A DNA stretch of 32,000 nucleotides from Candidatus Heimdallarchaeota archaeon (GTDB lineage: Archaea; Asgardarchaeota; Heimdallarchaeia; Heimdallarchaeales; Heimdallarchaeaceae): the NCBI GenBank assembly GCA_030668875.1, contig DAOVER010000021.1, forward strand, positions 1-32,000. Reading direction: 5' to 3'. Numbering within the stretch: the first letter of the stretch is position 1; each line of letters opens with the position of its first letter. A model generated the notes under the pieces. It ran no database searches and was not told the origin of the DNA. It saw only the letters and a list, made by a program, of their open reading frames with translations. Positions 27,217 to 32,000 of the stretch are shown one piece after another. The translations under genes were made by a program, and so were the position numbers.

Positions 27217-27268
27217 AGAATGTATTCAGAATAAGAAGATTAATTTGTATAAATTACTAGAGTTTCTT

Positions 27269-27820
27269 ATGGAAGATTGTCCAGGTTTCGTTATTTCCAG
27301 TGCAAGAACCCACGAGAAGAATGCTTCAAGTGAGATGTATTATGTTCTTTCAGAGCTACTTGATCAAGAAGAAGTTAATGCGTCTCCAGTTTCTGGTATC
27401 TCTGGCTTGTCAATAGTTACTTTTCAAGGAGACCCTGTTCAAGTTTTAAAAAAACTGCAGGAAATGATTGAAGATAATCCGCTCTTTCAGTATACTTTGA
27501 AAATTGTTCCTTTTCAATACAAAGTAGGTACTTCAATTGAAAATCTAAAAGAAGCTGCCATAGAACTTAGTACAGAAATAGACGAAGCTAGCACTTGGAA
27601 AATAAATGTACGAAGACGGCACACGCAAATTCCTAGAAATGAAATAATAGGTGCAATTGCAAATGTAATCAATAAAGGAAAAGTAATGCTTGAATCTCCA
27701 GACCATTACGTAATAGTAGAAATAATTGGAAAATGGACCTATTTAGCGGTATCTTCTATACCAGAACTGTCAGTATCTGTTTCACAATTTCATGAAGAAG
27801 AAGATGATTTTACATTTTGA
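27269..27820 (+). CDS. Stand-alone THUMP-domain RNA-binding protein (Tan1/THUMPD1-like)
   Basis: TWKINVRRRH..IPRNEIIGAIA..V.LESPD.YVIVEIIGKWTYL; N-terminal ferredoxin-like part; no catalytic domain. Probable start is the ATG at 27269. Confidence 0.85.
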   Translation: MEDCPGFVISSARTHEKNASSEMYYVLSELLDQEEVNASPVSGISGLSIVTFQGDPVQVLKKLQEMIEDNPLFQYTLKIVPFQYKVGTSIENLKEAAIELSTEIDEASTWKINVRRRHTQIPRNEIIGAIANVINKGKVMLESPDHYVIVEIIGKWTYLAVSSIPELSVSVSQFHEEEDDFTF

Positions 27821-27902
27821 ATTAATAAAAATTTAAAAAAAATAAAAAAATAAAGGAAGAAAGATTTTGAACTTTCTAATTTCTTAGAGGTCTCTGGTTT
27901 TC

Positions 27903-28073
27903 TTAAAGGTCTCTTGCGGAAACAGTCTTACGACCATTGGCTTTAGCTCTGCCAGCTGCTTTCTTAAGTAGTCCAGCTAGAACATCATCTAAAGCTTTGA
28001 GTAGGTCTCCACCAACCTTGTAATCACCGAGTTCTTTTATATAGTCTCTAACTTTTGATTGTACGATCATCAT
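27903..28073 (-). CDS. Histone-fold protein, alpha3-truncated (face-to-face / DUF1931-like) type, 56 aa
   Basis: Translated by hand: MMIVQSKVRDYIKELGDYKVGGDLLKALDDVLAGLLKKAAGRAKANGRKTVSARDL*. It shows alpha1-L1-alpha2, the RKTV motif and termination just after the conserved Asp. It has its own BRE/TATA. Confidence 0.9.
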   Translation of the reverse strand: MMIVQSKVRDYIKELGDYKVGGDLLKALDDVLAGLLKKAAGRAKANGRKTVSARDL

Positions 28074-28140
28074 TTCGATAGCACTTCTGTCGGTTTTTTA
28101 CTTGCTCTAAAGCAAGCACGATATAAAATAGCTAGAGCCC

Positions 28141-28156
28141 ATTAAAAACCTTTTCG
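28141..28156 (-). promoter_or_regulatory. BRE-TATA promoter of the histone gene
   Basis: The minus strand reads CGAAAAGG-TTTTTAAT about 70 nt upstream of the ATG. Confidence 0.6.
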
Positions 28157-28351
28157 GTTAAGTCGAAAAATAATGGTATTACACCTCCTCTAATAAGCAA
28201 ACTCGTTAAAAAAGAAATTATTGTGGCGTGAAACTCAATATTTCCAGCGTTTCAAGCCAATTTGGCTTTAAACAGCGTTCTTTTAAAGAATCTGCCGGAA
28301 TCACAAAGGTTAATAAACAAATTCAAAAAAATGCGAAATTTAGCAAAAAAA

Positions 28352-29638
28352 CTAGCTTTTTTCAAAATTTTCCTGAAGGAGTTTACCTAGCTTTCTCACT
28401 CCTATGTCTATCATATCTTTTTGCATAAATGAGTAACCTATGCGCATACCACCATTAATGATTTTTAGAGGTTCGATATCTCTAGTTTCAGGATCGTATG
28501 AATGACCATGTGGAGGGAAAAAAGCTTTGCTTGGAACTACAAGAACTTCGTTTGGCAATAAAACATCTTGATTAAATTTGTTTACATCAAAAGTATATGC
28601 TTGTTCCCCCCTAGGTTGCCACCAAATAAAGAAACCACCTGTTGGATTAGTATACTCTCCTTCTGGAAAAGTTTCTAACAGTGCATTGAAAGCTGCATCT
28701 TTTCGCTCTTTATATTTCTTAACGATAATTGGAAGTTGTTCATCGATGTATTTATCATAATAAATTTCTGCTACTCTTTGAGTCAAAGTTGGTGTGCATA
28801 AATCTAAGTAACCTTTGGATTTTTCAGCTTGACCAAATAACATATCGGGCATTATTGAATAACCTATTCGCAAAGGAGCCGCTTCTTTCGATGAAGAAGA
28901 AGTATATATTACACGAGTATTGTCTTTATCCAAAGTTTTCATGGTCGGTATTTTTTGTCCAAATTGTATTTCTTTGTATGCTGCATCGCAAATTACAATA
29001 ACATCATGTTCCTCTGCAATATTGAACAATTGTTGTCTTCTTTTGAAAGACAATGTTGTACCCTTAGGATTGTCACTATCTTCTACCACATAAAGAATTT
29101 TTACCTTTTTTCCAAATTCTTTTTCTGCTTTTATGATCGTATCTTCAACATATTCAGGGATTAATCCCTCATTATCTGTTGGCGCAGTTACTGCGTGTCC
29201 TCCAACTTTTACTAATGTTGTAATCAAACCCAAATATGCAGGAGACGGTGTAACTACAATATCTCCGGGATTAATCAAAATGTCTAGTGCAAGGTAAAGA
29301 GCCTGTTGGGAACCTGTTGTAATCAAAACCTTTTCCCACTCTTCAACTCCACTTATTATTCCCGCTCCATCTCTTCGGTGAATTCTCTCAGCTAATACTT
29401 TGCGAAGTCCAGTAATTCCAGCTGTTGGTCCATATTGAAATTCATTAATAACATTTTTTTCATCTTCATCATAATAATCTGCTAATTCTCTTAGAATCTG
29501 AGGGAAGATTTTTGTTGGAAGATTACCAGGCAATCCAGCAGCCAAATAGTATTTTGCTTTACTTTTAAGAAGCCTTCTAATCTCGCTCTCAGGAATTTCT
29601 TTTGTCCAGTTTGCTAGAATATTTTTCATTGCGTCCAT
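28352..29638 (-). CDS. PLP-dependent aminotransferase class I/II (2-aminoadipate transaminase / LysN-like)
   Basis: LAAGLP, FQYGPTAG, ITTGSQQAL, DNPKGTT, DAAY, SSSKEAAPLRIGY (PLP lysine), PTGGFFIW, MRIGYS. Confidence 0.9.
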   Translation of the reverse strand: MDAMKNILANWTKEIPESEIRRLLKSKAKYYLAAGLPGNLPTKIFPQILRELADYYDEDEKNVINEFQYGPTAGITGLRKVLAERIHRRDGAGIISGVEEWEKVLITTGSQQALYLALDILINPGDIVVTPSPAYLGLITTLVKVGGHAVTAPTDNEGLIPEYVEDTIIKAEKEFGKKVKILYVVEDSDNPKGTTLSFKRRQQLFNIAEEHDVIVICDAAYKEIQFGQKIPTMKTLDKDNTRVIYTSSSSKEAAPLRIGYSIMPDMLFGQAEKSKGYLDLCTPTLTQRVAEIYYDKYIDEQLPIIVKKYKERKDAAFNALLETFPEGEYTNPTGGFFIWWQPRGEQAYTFDVNKFNQDVLLPNEVLVVPSKAFFPPHGHSYDPETRDIEPLKIINGGMRIGYSFMQKDMIDIGVRKLGKLLQENFEKS

Positions 29639-29750
29639 CTTTTACACCAATTAAATATGCATACTTGAACTGTGCTTATCTCGATAGAAACCTCTAAAAG
29701 ATTTTCCCTTCCCCTATGCAGTAGAATATAAAGGAAAAATAGTGGGTGGT

Positions 29751-30209
29751 TTATTCGTATAACCACTCTGCATCTATTTTTTTGTATGAAGACATTTCCT
29801 CTTCAGTAAAGTAGATCATGAACTCGGTTATAGCATTTTTGGGTGAATCACCTGCATGGATGATATTACGACCAATTTCTAACGCATGATCGCCTCTAAT
29901 TGACCCCGGTTCTGCTTCAGCGGGATTAGTAGCGCCAACAAGTTTTCTAGTTATTTTCACAGCATCTTTTCCCTCAACTACCATTGCCACAACGGGACCA
30001 CAAGTGATGTATTCAAGTAATCCATCGTAAAATGTTTTTTCCTTATGGATTGCATAGTGTTTTTCAGCTTGTTCCATAGAAACCTTGAACATTTTCATTG
30101 CTATGATTTTTAGTCCGACTTTTTCTATTCGTGCAATTACTTCTCCTATTAACCCTCTCTGCACACCATCAGGTTTGACCATAATAAATTCGCGTTCCAA
30201 TTTTTTCAC
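29751..30209 (-). CDS. ndk: Nucleoside diphosphate kinase
   Basis: VKPDGVQRGLIGEVI, GATNP..AEPGSIRGD, NIIHAGDS (catalytic His). GTG start. Confidence 0.97.
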   Translation of the reverse strand: MKKLEREFIMVKPDGVQRGLIGEVIARIEKVGLKIIAMKMFKVSMEQAEKHYAIHKEKTFYDGLLEYITCGPVVAMVVEGKDAVKITRKLVGATNPAEAEPGSIRGDHALEIGRNIIHAGDSPKNAITEFMIYFTEEEMSSYKKIDAEWLYE

Positions 30210-30339
30210 CTTACTATATAATCAAATTTTTGATTTGAGAATAAAAATTAATTGATTGGAACATTTCACATATAGATGCTTGAATTTGAATATCTAGAAT
30301 GAAATTAGAAATTAAAAAGAATAGTGTTGGAAAGAGAAA

Positions 30340-30528
30340 TTACATGATTTTTCTTTCGTATCTCTCTGTCCATTTTAGCTTCTTTGGATCACGTTTTAGA
30401 ACTAATTGAGATTTTTTACATTTGTTTGAACAGAAGGTCAGAACTGTTCCTGTTCTTTGAACGTAAAGCATTCCACATCCATGTTCGACATCTTTTCCAC
30501 AATATGAACACTTTCTTGTTTTTGGCAT
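30340..30528 (-). CDS. rpl24e: 50S ribosomal protein L24e
   Basis: CSYCG....G.GMLYV..G....FCS.KC......R.P.KLKWT. Confidence 0.97.
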   Translation of the reverse strand: MPKTRKCSYCGKDVEHGCGMLYVQRTGTVLTFCSNKCKKSQLVLKRDPKKLKWTERYERKIM

Positions 30529-30535
30529 CGTTTCA

Positions 30536-30757
30536 TTACCTCTTACGTATTTTCTTCGCTTCTCTTTCTGTCTCTCGTAGCATAACTACGTCACCTTTAC
30601 GAACAGGTCCCTTAAGGTTACGAGTTAGAATTCTGTTCTTATCTCGACCATCTAAAACCTTGACTCTAGCTTGGATAACTTCGCCAACACTGCCTGTTCT
30701 ATCAAGAACTTGAATCACTTCAGCAGGAATGGCATCATAGTCACTTTTAGAACTCAT
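30536..30757 (-). CDS. rps28e: 30S ribosomal protein S28e
   Basis: [44 protein letters not shown]. Confidence 0.97.
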   Translation of the reverse strand: MSSKSDYDAIPAEVIQVLDRTGSVGEVIQARVKVLDGRDKNRILTRNLKGPVRKGDVVMLRETEREAKKIRKR

Positions 30758-30771
30758 CTATTTCACCTAAC

Positions 30772-31131
30772 TTACTTCTTGAGTTCAGCTAATTTGTTGT
30801 TTAAACCTTTAATAGATTGCTTAGCTTCACCAGCATCAACTATTGCAATTGAAGCTGATCCAACCTTGAGTCCTGTGGCTTTTCCTAGTTCATCCTTAGT
30901 GGGAACAAATGTATAACTTATTTTGTGCTCTTCACACAAAAGTGGTAGGTGCATAACAATTTCTGGAGGACTAACATCTTCTGCGATATAAACTAGAAAA
31001 GCTGTTTTTCTCTCAATTGCTTTTGTTACCTCGTTAGTACCTTTGCGGATTTTTCCAGTCTTTGAGGAAGTTTCTAAAATTTTCAAAGACTCTTTAACAA
31101 TTTCATCGGGAATTTCGAATTTTTTAAACAT
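30772..31131 (-). CDS. rpl7ae: 50S ribosomal protein L7Ae (k-turn-binding)
   Basis: GKIRKGTNEVTKAIER, IAEDVSPPEIVMHLP.LCEE, LGKA.GL.V. The true start is probably the ATG at 31131, after the GAGGTGA SD. Confidence 0.97.
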   Translation of the reverse strand: MFKKFEIPDEIVKESLKILETSSKTGKIRKGTNEVTKAIERKTAFLVYIAEDVSPPEIVMHLPLLCEEHKISYTFVPTKDELGKATGLKVGSASIAIVDAGEAKQSIKGLNNKLAELKK

Positions 31132-31137
31132 ATCATT

Positions 31138-31172
31138 CACCTCGGGCACAATAAATGTGCCTTCATTAGGTA
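31138..31172 (-). promoter_or_regulatory. Putative kink-turn in the rpl7ae 5' UTR overlapping the Shine-Dalgarno sequence
   Basis: RNA reads UACC-UAAU-GA-A-GGCACA-UUUAU-UGUGCC-C-GA-GGUG: C-stem UACC/GGUG, a 4-nt bulge, tandem G.A pairs and a 6-bp NC stem. Confidence 0.7.
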
Positions 31173-31223
31173 TAAAAAAGAAATTTGATAGAATTTAAAA
31201 GAATTATCTTTGTGTAGACTTTT

Positions 31224-32000
31224 TCATTTGATTCTTGTACAAATTACATCCTTCTCTTTGAGGACATCAGATACTCGTTTGTTCTCTTGACCATTTACGA
31301 TTATTATCTCATTTACTGATTTAAGAATAGAGAGAATACTACCAACTTTTCCTTTCATTGAACCCGTAACATCTATTACGTCTTCTGAGATATCAGAGGT
31401 AAAAGATAATGATTTTAAATCTTCACTAGATGCGTTCATTAGGCATTCTTTTTGATTCGATTCTGTGTTTATAACCATTAAACCATCCACATCAGTGATG
31501 AAAATAACTCGGTTAACTTGAAAATTACTCGCAAGAATATCAATTACAAGATCACCACTGATTATGTTAAAATTCTCATCTTCAGCAAAAATTATGTCTC
31601 CTGATAGTACTGGAATTAAACCTAATTGTATAGCTTTCTGAATTGGATTAAGGAAATATTCATACTGCTTACTTTCTCTCTTTGAATAGATTAGGGAGCT
31701 TGTTTGAAAATTCATTACCTTCAGATTTGCCTTTGTTAGTTCTTCAACAACAATTGAACTTAATTCATGCATGTCTTTACGAATTTGTATTAAACCTTGG
31801 ATTTGTGAAGACTCTTTAAATCCTGAAGTTATTTTGTATTCTTTAGCTTTAATGTGTCCATAGGATCCCGCACCATGAACAATGATACATGGATTTCCCC
31901 ATTCTCCTATCTGTTGACATATTTCACTTAATTCAAGCAGTCTTATTTTCTTATACTCAGTTTTATCTGTAATAATTGCTCCACCTAATTTGATAATGTC
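31224..32000 (-). CDS. Isopentenyl phosphate kinase (amino-acid kinase family), start just beyond the window edge
   Basis: The frame is open to the right edge: DIIKLGGAIITDK...VHGAGSYGH...PVLSGD...SGD...TDVDG...DVTGSM.GKV. Confidence 0.88.
   Translation of the reverse strand, partial: DIIKLGGAIITDKTEYKKIRLLELSEICQQIGEWGNPCIIVHGAGSYGHIKAKEYKITSGFKESSQIQGLIQIRKDMHELSSIVVEELTKANLKVMNFQTSSLIYSKRESKQYEYFLNPIQKAIQLGLIPVLSGDIIFAEDENFNIISGDLVIDILASNFQVNRVIFITDVDGLMVINTESNQKECLMNASSEDLKSLSFTSDISEDVIDVTGSMKGKVGSILSILKSVNEIIIVNGQENKRVSDVLKEKDVICTRIK

Noticed and set aside
27880-28140. Initially considered as a structured ncRNA (SRP/RNase P) because of the gap in the ORF track
   Set aside because: It translates cleanly on the minus strand as a histone-fold protein, and no SRP or RNase P motifs are present.
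28228-30916. Plus-strand ORFs at 28228, 28729, 30384 and 30671, and nested minus-strand ORFs at 28578 and 28955
   Set aside because: They overlap the aminotransferase or ribosomal protein genes and have no coding signal.

Overview
AT-rich archaeal chromosomal window (roughly one-third GC by eye). It carries rpl7ae-rps28e-rpl24e-ndk, RFC large subunit, isopentenyl phosphate kinase, a histone and an intron-containing tRNA. RING-H2 variants, many zinc ribbons, a CTERM-type surface anchor and a TrmB-coiled-coil protein suggest an Asgard archaeon, possibly Heimdallarchaeia-like; this is inference. The window starts inside a TnpB gene with a rearranged RuvC site. It continues through housekeeping and metabolic genes, a Dna2-type nuclease-helicase fused to a RING finger, a TrmB protein with a long 11/22-residue helical repeat insert, ABC transporter genes, an orphan eutA and ggt. 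A decayed patch (about 20.3-23.8 kb) lies next to an initiator tRNA-Met gene with two introns. Three features absent from the ORF track were read directly from the sequence: the double-intron tRNA-iMet (23850-23976), a 56-aa alpha3-truncated (face-to-face-type) histone (27903-28073) and a kink-turn covering the rpl7ae ribosome-binding site (31138-31172). No CRISPR array, rRNA or integrase was seen.
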